A stretch of 64,000 nt of DNA from a virus (lineage: Duplodnaviria > Caudoviricetes), in the IMG/VR virus record IMGVR_UViG_3300012979_000027, positions 32,001 through 96,000 of that record; one strand, 5' to 3'. The position numbers were made by a program, and so were the translations under genes. Below the pieces are notes generated by a model. It was not told the DNA's origin, did no database searches, and worked only from the letters and a program-made list of their open reading frames with translations. Shown here piece after piece: positions 1 through 7,982 of this stretch. Position 1 is the stretch's first letter. Each line of letters opens with the position of its first letter.

Positions 1-25
1 CCCTTACTTTTGGATTGATTTTTTA

Positions 26-99
26 CATCCCCAGCCGGATGTGCGCCGAGCGTCTGCGGATTGAAAGTCCGCTATTCTGACTGTCTAAACTATGGGGAC
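26..99 (-). tRNA. tRNA-Glu(TTC), atypical T-loop, no encoded CCA
   Basis: Revcomp folds as acceptor GTCCCCA/TGGGGAT, anticodon arm GCGGA-CT TTC AA-TCCGC, T-loop CGCACAT. Confidence 0.85.
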
Positions 100-170
100 T
101 TTATACTAGATTCATTTATTCAGTAACCACAATACTTTATAATATAATTTGCTGTATGAATCTATAAAAA

Positions 171-187
171 ATTATACTTAAGTTCTG
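171..187 (-). promoter_or_regulatory. AGAAC-N5-TATAAT promoter upstream of tRNA-Glu
   Basis: Minus strand CAGAAC TTAAG TATAAT. Confidence 0.65.
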
Positions 188-238
188 ATTTGATTGACAA
201 GCAATCTTCATCTCTGAGTTAATACTCAGTGTTCTTTA

Positions 239-310
239 CGAGCCATCCCGGAATCGAACCGAGCTATCTGCAGGGACAGTGCAGCGTACTAACCGATGTA
301 CTAATGGCCC
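239..310 (-). tRNA. tRNA-Asp(GTC)
   Basis: GGGCCAT/ATGGCTC acceptor, CTGCA-CT GTC CC-TGCAG anticodon arm, TTCGATT T-loop. Confidence 0.92.
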
Positions 311-311
311 A

Positions 312-342
312 ACAAAAATGTCCGGTTCCTAGAGGAACCGGC
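312..342 (-). terminator. Hairpin followed by T-rich tract (terminator or processing site)
   Basis: CCGGTTCCT-CT-AGGAACCGG then ACATTTTTGTT on minus strand. Confidence 0.45.
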
Positions 343-348
343 TCTATT

Positions 349-424
349 TAGCGGAACACTTCCTCCCTTACTGGATTATCCGCTGCGATTTAGAAAGATG
401 TTCAACCGACTGAGCTACAGCCCC
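349..424 (-). pseudogene. Orphan tRNA 5' half / tRNA remnant
   Basis: GGGGCTG TA GCTC AGTCGGTT GAAC resembles acceptor 5' strand plus D-arm; no matching T-arm or 3' acceptor strand seen. Confidence 0.45.
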
Positions 425-487
425 TTATATATTTTTGCACCGCTGAGATTATTACGTTTCGCGACCCGTACTCAGTTGATGACTTAT

Positions 488-564
488 CAAGTAAGGATGG
501 ATTCGAACCACCGACTACCAAGAGCATCACCTCTCTTCAGCCCTGACCGCTGGACGACTTACTT
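488..564 (-). tRNA. Atypical tRNA-like gene with 8-nt anticodon loop (AGGTGATG)
   Basis: AAGTAAG/CTTACTT acceptor, D-arm GTCC..GGGC, AAGAG/CTCTT stem, T-arm GGTGG-TTCGAAT-CCATC. Confidence 0.7.
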
Positions 565-576
565 GATTGATTAAAA

Positions 577-648
577 AGGCTCCGCACGGTACCGCCCCGT
601 GTTTCTCGGGTTACAAATCCGACGTAATGACTTTTATACTACAGAGCC
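577..648 (-). tRNA. tRNA-Thr(TGT), atypical T-loop
   Basis: GGCTCTG/CGGAGCC acceptor, TCGGA-TT TGT AA-CCCGA anticodon arm, CACGG-GGCGGTA-CCGTG T-arm. Confidence 0.85.
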
Positions 649-649
649 A

Positions 650-1399
650 GGAACTGCGAACGAATCCGCACGAGTTCTACGACCTTCCGTACGCATAAGT
701 TCGGCTCGAATGTGTGAGCTGATTAGACTCTTCCGTAGATGGACGCCGGCGACATTCTGAACGCCGTGAGGTTCCGTGTATCAGTCCCACGGTGGCGGTT
801 TCTAGGGCTCACCTCCATTTACCAATGTGCCCCGAGCTGGCTTCTAGTCAACTCAATAGCTGAGTTAACCTAAAGTCTTCCAGCAAACTATCTAGCCTCG
901 ATTTCTACATCTAAGACCCTCCGGACCTTCCACATTGCTTTGCAACCGGCTAGACTAATCCTTGCAAAGTTCAGAAGTTAATCAGGCTTCTGTATGTGTT
1001 TAATTTGGAATGTGGTTGATAAGACCTGCCAATTTATTATGGGAGTTAGGCTCTCCCCTCTTAGCGCCATTCCAAAGCACCTCACGAATGGCCCGCTTCG
1101 TCCATTCGTACCGATATTAGTTTTCCTCTGGCCGCCTCGGGTGGGCACCGCTCCGGTGTGTGGGAGCGTTTGGTCTGATACGGAAACCGGAGTCGTATCA
1201 CATCATGAGCCGTTATCAAGTGGCTACTCCCTCCCGATGCATTACACATCGTGGCTACTGGCCTGCTACATATTGCAGCTTTACACCCTGATGCGCATAG
1301 ATTATCATGTCACAAGACTATGGTATACAATGCAGCCTCGTTCGATAAGCTCTTCCAGGACTCCCAGAAGGTTCTGCGGGGTGGACCATCGTGAAAAGA
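650..1399 (-). ncRNA. Candidate large structured ncRNA(s) within the tRNA island
   Basis: GC-rich, no credible ORF, many stems (ACGAATGG/CCATTCGT, TGATACG/CGTATCA, TCTAGCC/GGCTAGA, CTTTGCAA/TTGCAAAG, AACTCA/TGAGTT), flanked by tRNAs; strand inferred from neighbours. Confidence 0.55.
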
Positions 1400-1480
1400 T
1401 TGCGGAAGGCAGAGTTGAACTGCTGGAAGGGGTGGCTTATGAGACCACTGAGGCTACCCTGCCTCTGAACCTCCTCCGCG
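1400..1480 (-). tRNA. tRNA-Met(CAT), initiator-like
   Basis: CGCGGAG..TTCCGCA with C1:A72 mismatch, GTGGT-CT CAT AA-GCCAC arm, TTCAACT T-loop, enlarged D-loop. Confidence 0.8.
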
Positions 1481-1487
1481 ATTTGAG

Positions 1488-1559
1488 CTCGGGTGGTTGG
1501 GGTCGAACCAACGACCTAGTGATTAACAGTCACCCGCTCTTCCACTGAGCTACACCCGA
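1488..1559 (-). tRNA. tRNA-Asn(GTT)
   Basis: Canonical cloverleaf TCGGGTG/CACCCGA, GGTGA-CT GTT AA-TCACT, TTCGACC T-loop. Confidence 0.95.
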
Positions 1560-1689
1560 ATTATCTTTTAACAATCACACTACTTTCAAAGTTCTTCACC
1601 CGCAAGCGACTTTATGACAGCCGCTTTTGGGTGCCGCCGTTGAGAGGCGATTTTGATATATTTATCAGCAGTTGTTGCTGATTACCTTT

Positions 1690-1740
1690 TTATTTTAGTC
1701 AAGTTCTGAATTATTTTTAAGTATCTTCAGAACTTGACTT
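1690..1740 (-). promoter_or_regulatory. Promoter for the tRNA island, embedded in an inverted repeat
   Basis: CAGAAC TTGAC TAAAAT; AGTCAAGTTCTGAA..TTCAGAACTTGACT inverted repeat. Confidence 0.6.
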
Positions 1741-1743
1741 TTA

Positions 1744-2049
1744 TTAAAGTAGTTCCTCAAGAGAGGTAGGACGATGAAACTTGATGCGGTATTTCATACC
1801 ATCTACCACCATAATTGTAGAAGTTCCTTGCTGGTAATTCTCCCACTTACCCTCATCAACCATTCTCTCGATAGTTTCCCATTCAAGATGCAGGTCGCAA
1901 CCAGGTGCCTCGATACCCCACTCATCGTCCACAAATAACGTGTGCTTGTGAGGGATTGCAACCGTGTCAATATTGTCTTCAATAGTAATCATTGCATCTT
2001 GAATCCAGATTGCACGGCAGAGACTCTTCTTAAACTCAGCGTAATTCAT
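1744..2049 (-). CDS. hypothetical early protein
   Basis: ORF directly after early promoter. Confidence 0.8.
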   Translation of the reverse strand: MNYAEFKKSLCRAIWIQDAMITIEDNIDTVAIPHKHTLFVDDEWGIEAPGCDLHLEWETIERMVDEGKWENYQQGTSTIMVVDGMKYRIKFHRPTSLEELL

Positions 2050-2098
2050 GACTATATTATAGTAGCGTTCTGTCTCAGTTGAAAGCAGTTACTTTCAA

Positions 2099-2347
2099 TC
2101 AATAATCCTTGCGACTATTTTTAACAAGGCGAGAAACGATACTTTCATATACGGCCTCAGTCTCGTTGATACATTCCTCAAGAGTCACGTTTACGAGCTT
2201 CTTCTTTTTAGAACCGTAAATCTTTCGGCCGTTCACATACTCGTTATAATACTGAACAAAGGAAACTATACCAAGGTCATTGCAAGTGAAGCCAATGTTA
2301 TAACCCTTAGACTTAAGCTCAAGAATGTAATCGAAGATGTTACTCAT
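2099..2347 (-). CDS. hypothetical early protein
   Basis: ORF directly after early promoter. Confidence 0.8.
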   Translation of the reverse strand: MSNIFDYILELKSKGYNIGFTCNDLGIVSFVQYYNEYVNGRKIYGSKKKKLVNVTLEECINETEAVYESIVSRLVKNSRKDY

Positions 2348-2378
2348 GCTTATGATATATTAGTGTTCTGTTGTTCTA

Positions 2379-2660
2379 TTAGTGAATATCAACTACCTCA
2401 AAATAATCTTCTACACCTTTACAAAGAATGAAGAACTCATTTGAACCATGTGCCACAAGGCGCTTGATGGGAAGAATAAACCCTGTTGGCTCAGCACCGA
2501 ACTCGTCATCTTCGGGCGCTTGTGCGTCATTAGAAACAAGGTGGAAGTCACCAGGTTTGCCCTCAATATGGCATTCAACTTCGCTATAATCAGTAGGGTC
2601 CACAACGGTAAGGTTCATGTTGTCCTTCACCATCTGCATTAAAATGTTTTCGTTTTCCAT
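2379..2660 (-). CDS. hypothetical acidic early protein
   Basis: ORF co-oriented in early array. Confidence 0.75.
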   Translation of the reverse strand: MENENILMQMVKDNMNLTVVDPTDYSEVECHIEGKPGDFHLVSNDAQAPEDDEFGAEPTGFILPIKRLVAHGSNEFFILCKGVEDYFEVVDIH

Positions 2661-2675
2661 ATAGCTTTATTTAGG

Positions 2676-2888
2676 TTAAGCTTCCTCACAGGTCCATGAC
2701 ATTCTTTCACCATTATCATCTTCTACCACGACAAGGTAACCATTAATTGTCTCGCTTTGAAAGAGTACCTTCATATCTACAGGCTGTCCGTGAACGAAAA
2801 AATAGTCATTACCATTAGGACTATGATAGATTTCACAATCATATTGAATACCATCAATATATGTCGTAAGAGTCTTGATTGTCTTCAT
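2676..2888 (-). CDS. hypothetical early protein
   Basis: ORF after early promoter. Confidence 0.8.
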   Translation of the reverse strand: MKTIKTLTTYIDGIQYDCEIYHSPNGNDYFFVHGQPVDMKVLFQSETINGYLVVVEDDNGERMSWTCEEA

Positions 2889-2913
2889 GCTTATATTATA
2901 ATTGTGTTCTGTG

Positions 2914-3192
2914 TTAGTCTATGGCTACTAAGATACCACCATCTTCCAACGGATTGAATACGGGGAAATATTCTGTCACATCCTCCCACGTATGACAATC
3001 GGTCAAACCTTGCTTTTCAACGCACTCTTCAAGAGAATAATACTTGCGCCACCCTTCGAACATATCGGGCTCAATCTCATCAAAAGCGGCTTCATCTTTA
3101 TAGAAGTTATAAATGGCTTCAATACCATCGCGACCAAGCTCTTCTAAAATTATGGTAGGAACTTCATTAAGGATTGTTTCAAGCGTTTTCAT
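2914..3192 (-). CDS. acidic early protein, paralog of 15369-15728 (start corrected to MKTLET)
   Basis: Promoter 6 nt before ATG at 3192; shared LGxDGxEA motif. Confidence 0.8.
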   Translation of the reverse strand: MKTLETILNEVPTIILEELGRDGIEAIYNFYKDEAAFDEIEPDMFEGWRKYYSLEECVEKQGLTDCHTWEDVTEYFPVFNPLEDGGILVAID

Positions 3193-3221
3193 GCTCTTAT
3201 TATAATTGTGTTCTGTTATGC

Positions 3222-3581
3222 TTAAGGTAGAATCCCAGGTGTGTCGGTAATAACACAACCATCTACTGTCAGGACGCGAACGAGGTGGAAGGTTTTGCCC
3301 TCGTCGAAGCTGACAAACAACTTGCGGCTATTATCCTCCAGCCAACGCATTTTCACGTCAGTTACCTCTGAGCAAAAGCCCGTCATGCCCGTCTGTTCAG
3401 TCTCGTTGCTTCTCTCGTTATCCTGTTTAATAAAATTGGGGCAGATACTGGAGCGGAAATATATGCCAGTAAACGTGCCAAAATTGTCAGCGAAAAAGGT
3501 TCCAATAATGGGCTCACCTTCCAGCCAAAGGTAACAAACAGTAGACTTGCGGATAACTGAGTAGAGATTCATACCTTTCAT
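3222..3581 (-). CDS. hypothetical early protein (start corrected to MKGMNL)
   Basis: Promoter 6 nt before ATG at 3581. Confidence 0.75.
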   Translation of the reverse strand: MKGMNLYSVIRKSTVCYLWLEGEPIIGTFFADNFGTFTGIYFRSSICPNFIKQDNERSNETEQTGMTGFCSEVTDVKMRWLEDNSRKLFVSFDEGKTFHLVRVLTVDGCVITDTPGILP

Positions 3582-3606
3582 GCTTTTATTATAGCTATGT
3601 TCTGTT

Positions 3607-3948
3607 TTAGTCCTCAAGCAGGTGGATGGTATTAACAGTAGTATAAACGTCGAACGAGTATCCCGCCTCCATTGCTCCCACCTTATAGCCAATGCTAATT
3701 GACGGACAGAAGCCATCTTCCACGCCAACCAGTTCCCACTCAGTCATAGCGCTAATATCCACATTAAGAGCGGACGCTAACAGATGCTTTGCTGCCTCTA
3801 AAGAGATAGCGAAGATAGGCTCAAGGCGAGGAAGGTCAATATAGTTGTGCTTACCATCCTTATCTACTACCTCAGCGAAGGCATTATAGTTGATAAGGCA
3901 GAAGGAGCGGCAATCAGAAGGAACATTAAGCATATTGATGTTGTTCAT
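3607..3948 (-). CDS. hypothetical early protein
   Basis: ORF after early promoter. Confidence 0.8.
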   Translation of the reverse strand: MNNINMLNVPSDCRSFCLINYNAFAEVVDKDGKHNYIDLPRLEPIFAISLEAAKHLLASALNVDISAMTEWELVGVEDGFCPSISIGYKVGAMEAGYSFDVYTTVNTIHLLED

Positions 3949-3984
3949 GACTATATTATAACTGTGTTCTGTTTTAGCTAAAGC

Positions 3985-4206
3985 TTAATCAATAAATAAT
4001 TCAATTTCCTCCGTCTCGAGCATATCTCGCACAAAACACTGGAATGATACCATACCGATTCCATATTGCTTTTCAACGAAAGCGACTGCCTCGCTAATGG
4101 ACTTGAAGCGGGTAGATTTCAATAGCATGGAATGAACCGGCTTAACATACTTGAACTCGCTGCTTGTTTCATCCCACTTGATTTTGGAAAAGTCGAAGAT
4201 TTTCAT
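3985..4206 (-). CDS. hypothetical early protein (start corrected to MKIFDF)
   Basis: Promoter 6 nt before ATG. Confidence 0.75.
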   Translation of the reverse strand: MKIFDFSKIKWDETSSEFKYVKPVHSMLLKSTRFKSISEAVAFVEKQYGIGMVSFQCFVRDMLETEEIELFID

Positions 4207-4231
4207 GCTTTTATTATAGTTGTGTTCTGTC

Positions 4232-4381
4232 TTACAGGAAGCGACGACCATTCCTATCGTCCACAATCAACTTCCCCCGGATTTGATAGATTGCTACCAC
4301 ACCACGCACCTCATCATAGCGGAGGTCAAGGAGATTCTTCATATTAAACTCGGAGGCAGGGATATCTTGGATGCTGTTCAT
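4232..4381 (-). CDS. small hypothetical early protein (start MNSIQD)
   Basis: Promoter 6 nt before ATG. Confidence 0.7.
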   Translation of the reverse strand: MNSIQDIPASEFNMKNLLDLRYDEVRGVVAIYQIRGKLIVDDRNGRRFL

Positions 4382-4388
4382 GCTCTTA

Positions 4389-4730
4389 TTATAGCTTTGT
4401 TCTGTTCTTTCTTTGAGCAAGTAGAGTTGCAATCAGGACCTCCTCTCGTTCAACCGCCTCTTGCAGTCCCTTTGCCTTATATCTCTTCAGACGGGCCTTT
4501 GCGTTCACGAGTTCACGATTTGCTCGGTGCCATTCTACCGCTCTCGCTTTTGACTTCTCCTTGTTACGGTGGTAATGTTCTCGGCTACACTCTCGCTGAC
4601 GGTCTCGCAATTCCGTATCCGCCATCTTCCAACGAGCTCGCTTTCGTTCTAGAATGCGCTCTTTGTTTCGTTCATAATATTCCTTTCCGTACTCAAGTTT
4701 ACGTGGGCTGCTCTTAATCATTTTAATCAA
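4389..4730 (-). CDS. basic helical protein with YYERNKE-type repeats (as in N-termini of phage HNH endonucleases; no HNH motif present)
   Basis: Arg/Lys-rich repeats YYERNKERI, HYHRNKEKS, WHRANRELV. Confidence 0.6.
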   Translation of the reverse strand: MIKMIKSSPRKLEYGKEYYERNKERILERKRARWKMADTELRDRQRECSREHYHRNKEKSKARAVEWHRANRELVNAKARLKRYKAKGLQEAVEREEVLIATLLAQRKNRTKL

Positions 4731-5004
4731 CTAGTTCAATATTCATCGGGACCTTAAAGAGGTCATGCTCTATACAATATGCAAAAACTGCATCACAGAA
4801 ATCTCGCGGGTTATCATACTCATGGTCAAAGAAAGAACTAATACACTTTAACGGCTCTTTCTCAAAAATTGCTACAGAAAAACTCTCACCGAACTTATCG
4901 TTAATAGACATATCAAACGCCACCTTATATTCAGCCTTTAACTGACGACCGATACGTGCAATGGTAAGAGCTATGAAACCGAAATCTGTGCTGTGTGTTT
5001 TCAT
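4723..5004 (-). CDS. hypothetical early protein
   Basis: ORF after early promoter. Confidence 0.8.
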   Translation of the reverse strand: MKTHSTDFGFIALTIARIGRQLKAEYKVAFDMSINDKFGESFSVAIFEKEPLKCISSFFDHEYDNPRDFCDAVFAYCIEHDLFKVPMNIELVD

Positions 5005-5039
5005 GATTTTAATATATAAGTGTTCTGTCGGGCAAGCAG

Positions 5040-5136
5040 GTTAATTAACATTAATTAATTAATTTAATGTGGGAAACCATTTCAGCTAAACGAGTTTATT
5101 TCGGTCGAACGAGTTTATTTCAGACAAACGAATATT
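5040..5136. repeat. TTAATTAA cluster plus ~3 x 19-bp direct repeats (copy 1)
   Basis: atttcagctaaacgagttt / atttcggtcgaacgagttt / atttcagacaaacgaatat; same element at 18254-18345. Confidence 0.8.
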
Positions 5137-5147
5137 AAAACAAACAA

Positions 5148-5180
5148 GTCCCGAGTGGTCAACCACAAACCACTCGGGAC
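5148..5180. terminator. Perfect 12-bp hairpin
   Basis: GTCCCGAGTGGT..ACCACTCGGGAC followed by T-rich tract on minus strand. Confidence 0.55.
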
Positions 5181-5226
5181 GCTATGAACAACACAACAAT
5201 AGAAACAACACAGTAATGTGTTGAAA

Positions 5227-5278
5227 AACCTGTTGCGAGAATCGAACCCGCATCGGAGCGACCGAGGCCACCACAGGC
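5227..5278 (-). ncRNA. Miniature tRNA-like element (acceptor stem plus T-arm, ~52 nt)
   Basis: GCCTGT/ACAGGT stem and GCGGG-TTCGATT-CTCGC T-arm with only ~20 nt between them. Confidence 0.5.
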
Positions 5279-5299
5279 AACACCATACTAATGCGCATA

Positions 5300-5474
5300 A
5301 TCTACACCGTATGGAAACAATAGCGGAACACTTTATTTGGCGGTTCCTTGCCTTACACCGGAAGTTAGAGGAAGCGAGGGATTAGCAAGCGACTTAGTAT
5401 AACTTCCGTTCCCGGGCCGGCGTACCAGTCACTCTTTGCTCTTGCGGAACATTGAGCACCGGCCTGGGATGCGT
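5300..5474 (-). ncRNA. Candidate structured ncRNA
   Basis: Two long stems CGGAAGTTA/TAACTTCCG and TCCCAGGCCGG/CCGGCCCGGGA; noncoding. Confidence 0.45.
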
Positions 5475-5756
5475 TTAATCCATGGATAAATCGTAAGTCG
5501 CATCTGTGCACCAGGTTACGGACTTACTTTTTTGTACGTACTCATTTTTCTTACGTTCGAGATGCTGCACCCACTTGGCCATCATGGGACCTATATAGCT
5601 TCGCATCTCTTCCGTAAAGTTTTCTGCTAGCTTTTCTTTGACACGTCTCTCGACGCTCTCTTCGGTCATTTCCCCATTGTTGTTCACGTAGTGCCAGAGG
5701 ACCGCAGCAGCTACATTACTCTCGAGGAGCTCTCTATAAAATAAGGACAAGCACAT
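5475..5756 (-). CDS. hypothetical protein
   Basis: ORF downstream of promoter at ~5815-5832. Confidence 0.6.
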   Translation of the reverse strand: MCLSLFYRELLESNVAAAVLWHYVNNNGEMTEESVERRVKEKLAENFTEEMRSYIGPMMAKWVQHLERKKNEYVQKSKSVTWCTDATYDLSMD

Positions 5757-5859
5757 AGCTTAATTCTTGCTTTATTTTTACAAGCAGCTTTATTGTGCTT
5801 GCAGGTATACTTTATTTATACCCGAGTTCTGTTTTGAATACCAAGTATTCTTTTTTTTT

Positions 5860-6141
5860 TTAATCAATCGGAACCATCTTCAGCAATCGTTCACCGACGG
5901 GGATACAACGCCAACCCAGTTCGTTACAATCCCACACACGAATATATCCCAAAGCAGTAGCATCCCAAGTTTCTCTATGGGCAGGAGGCTCAAACTGCAT
6001 CTCGCTGGCATTCTCACTCAAGAAATTCCAATCACGAGTTGCAATCATCTTACGAATCTCACCGTTCTTCTTCTGAAACGTAATATCCCACAACGGTTGA
6101 GACTTCATTAGAGATTTAACATCCTTAACTGTGTTTGTCAT
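5860..6141 (-). CDS. WYL_2/DUF2693-like SH3/Sm-fold protein
   Basis: F-x-K-K-N-G-E-x-R-x-M-x-A-T and V-W-D...G-W-R motifs. Confidence 0.75.
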   Translation of the reverse strand: MTNTVKDVKSLMKSQPLWDITFQKKNGEIRKMIATRDWNFLSENASEMQFEPPAHRETWDATALGYIRVWDCNELGWRCIPVGERLLKMVPID

Positions 6142-6214
6142 ATACTGATATTATAAGTTTGTTCTGATTCTATATAAAGATTTTCTCTCTTACACACGCG
6201 CGCGTGAGGGGTAC

Positions 6215-6712
6215 TCAATACGAAATACGGAGTACCAGAATATCCTCCTCGTTCATTCCTTGCACCAGTTCCCCAACAACTCGATGATAACGGAGCAATA
6301 GTTCCAACGGGTCTTCTGTGGTAAGGGAACGGAAGAAAGGGCATTCATACTGAGCATCAACGAAATTATTATATGCGAGACTCAATGCAACATAAGACTC
6401 CAACGCAATTCGGTCTGCTTTATACTCCAGCTCATTCTCAGTGATGCGATACCCATCTTCAGCGATAGAACGGAACGAATTCATAAACTTCGCAACTTCT
6501 GAACCGAGGGCAGCGAGCATCTTAGCAGCCTGCAACGGTGTATAGGTAACGCGAACATCACCCGACCCGAGAGTGACGGAATCGCCAAAGAGCTCCAGCC
6601 ACTCCTGCGTATCTCGCTGGCCGCAGAACTGGTGCTCGAGTTCGCCAAGATAGTTCTCGTTCTGAACCGTGGTCTCGTTCTTCTGAAGGTAAAATCGCTG
6701 CGTATAACTCAT
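6215..6712 (-). CDS. hypothetical early protein (start corrected to MSYTQR)
   Basis: Promoter variant before ATG at 6712. Confidence 0.75.
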   Translation of the reverse strand: MSYTQRFYLQKNETTVQNENYLGELEHQFCGQRDTQEWLELFGDSVTLGSGDVRVTYTPLQAAKMLAALGSEVAKFMNSFRSIAEDGYRITENELEYKADRIALESYVALSLAYNNFVDAQYECPFFRSLTTEDPLELLLRYHRVVGELVQGMNEEDILVLRISY

Positions 6713-6929
6713 GAACTTATTATGTGCTTGTTCTGTTATGTGCGTAGTGTGCAACCGTATGCGCACGCGGGAGCGGGTGCGCCGCCTAGGTCATAAAGCA
6801 TATTCATTGGCTCGCCGGCACACAAGGTGCCTTGCTCGCTGCCCTTCGGGCTCATTGCTCGTTCCACGTTCATAGCTCCGCCTCGGCAAGCCTCGTCTTC
6901 GCTGCCCACAAGGAGCTCAGTTGCGCCAT

Positions 6930-7259
6930 TTATTCACTTACCTCTTTAGCCAAGTCAAATATCTCCGCCTTCTTATATAGGGTAAATGCACTGGTATTTT
7001 CCCACTGGACAATATGAATAAAGCTTTCCCTATATATTTCAATCTTCGCATCCTGTGGAATCACCGTTACATCATCACTATCATGTGCTTCTATTGCGAC
7101 AACTCCCGGTGCATCAATCCACTTATCTCCGTCCCAGATTCTATCCTTAGTGATATGGTCAATATCACCGTTATCCCACATAATCATGTCGCCATCGTTA
7201 ACAAGATTGTAGAATGCTTTATAATCCATTTCATTGTAATGAGAAGCTCGGTCGTTCAT
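6930..7259 (-). CDS. hypothetical acidic early protein
   Basis: ORF after early promoter. Confidence 0.8.
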   Translation of the reverse strand: MNDRASHYNEMDYKAFYNLVNDGDMIMWDNGDIDHITKDRIWDGDKWIDAPGVVAIEAHDSDDVTVIPQDAKIEIYRESFIHIVQWENTSAFTLYKKAEIFDLAKEVSE

Positions 7260-7284
7260 ATACTTATATTATACTATTGTTCTG

Positions 7285-7665
7285 TTATATTTTCGAGTTA
7301 ATACGTTCTAATTCGTCAAGAAGATATTTTATTTCGTTAATTTCTTCTTTAGAAAATAAAGGAATCAACTTATTCTTTACTAACGAAATTATCTTTTCCG
7401 TTAGTTCTTCCTTTGTTTTAGGCTTAGCAATGAATGTGTATTCCTTACCGTTGCTTGCTGTAATAGTCAAACGAGTTCCTTCAATAGTTACTGCGTTAAT
7501 TTCCTCTTTAATAAGACAGCCCCATTCATGATCTATATCCCATATAACATAAAGGCCGGTTGCTCTGCAAAACTTAATTCGCTCTCCGTCTATATAGAAG
7601 GTATAGTCTTTTTCAAAGGCCTTAAAGAACTCGTTAATATACTTTAGAATGCCGATGTTGTCCAT
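7285..7665 (-). CDS. early protein, paralog of 7983-8372
   Basis: Shared KDYTxYxDG and NGKEYxxxAKxKxKE motifs. Confidence 0.8.
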   Translation of the reverse strand: MDNIGILKYINEFFKAFEKDYTFYIDGERIKFCRATGLYVIWDIDHEWGCLIKEEINAVTIEGTRLTITASNGKEYTFIAKPKTKEELTEKIISLVKNKLIPLFSKEEINEIKYLLDELERINSKI

Positions 7666-7693
7666 ATGCTTATATTATATTCTTATTCTGTTT

Positions 7694-7978
7694 TTATAGA
7701 CAGTTCATCCCGTTCCTTCGCTCCTTATATATGAATAGGACCAGCTCTTTATTATTAAAAAAGATTTGATTCCACTCGCCCAAGGTTACTTGCTCCAGAG
7801 GTCCGCTCCAGGTAGGTTCGTCTTCGTGCATCTCTGAATCAATGCAGCGATGTACAGTGACGGTGTTTCTATCTTCCTCCATGAAAATATCATATATGCG
7901 CCAGTCTTTAGGGTTAACGAGTATTACCTCGCCCCTGCTGCACATCTTCTCTAAAGAATAAACTTCGTCGTCGGTCAT
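7694..7978 (-). CDS. hypothetical early protein
   Basis: ORF in array. Confidence 0.75.
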   Translation of the reverse strand: MTDDEVYSLEKMCSRGEVILVNPKDWRIYDIFMEEDRNTVTVHRCIDSEMHEDEPTWSGPLEQVTLGEWNQIFFNNKELVLFIYKERRNGMNCL

Positions 7979-7982
7979 ATTT

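Noticed and set aside
349-424. tmRNA 5' end (GGGGCTG)
   Set aside because: Followed by a tRNA-type D-arm rather than the tmRNA consensus; no tag ORF or matching 3' end found.
690-935. RNase P RNA (GTGGAAGGTCCGG ... GAGCCGAACTTAT resemble the P4 strands)
   Set aside because: P4 pairing is imperfect and other universal motifs were not identified; left as unassigned ncRNA pending cmscan.
994-1548. 184-aa plus-strand ORF
   Set aside because: Antisense to two tRNAs and the structured RNA region, with non-protein-like composition.
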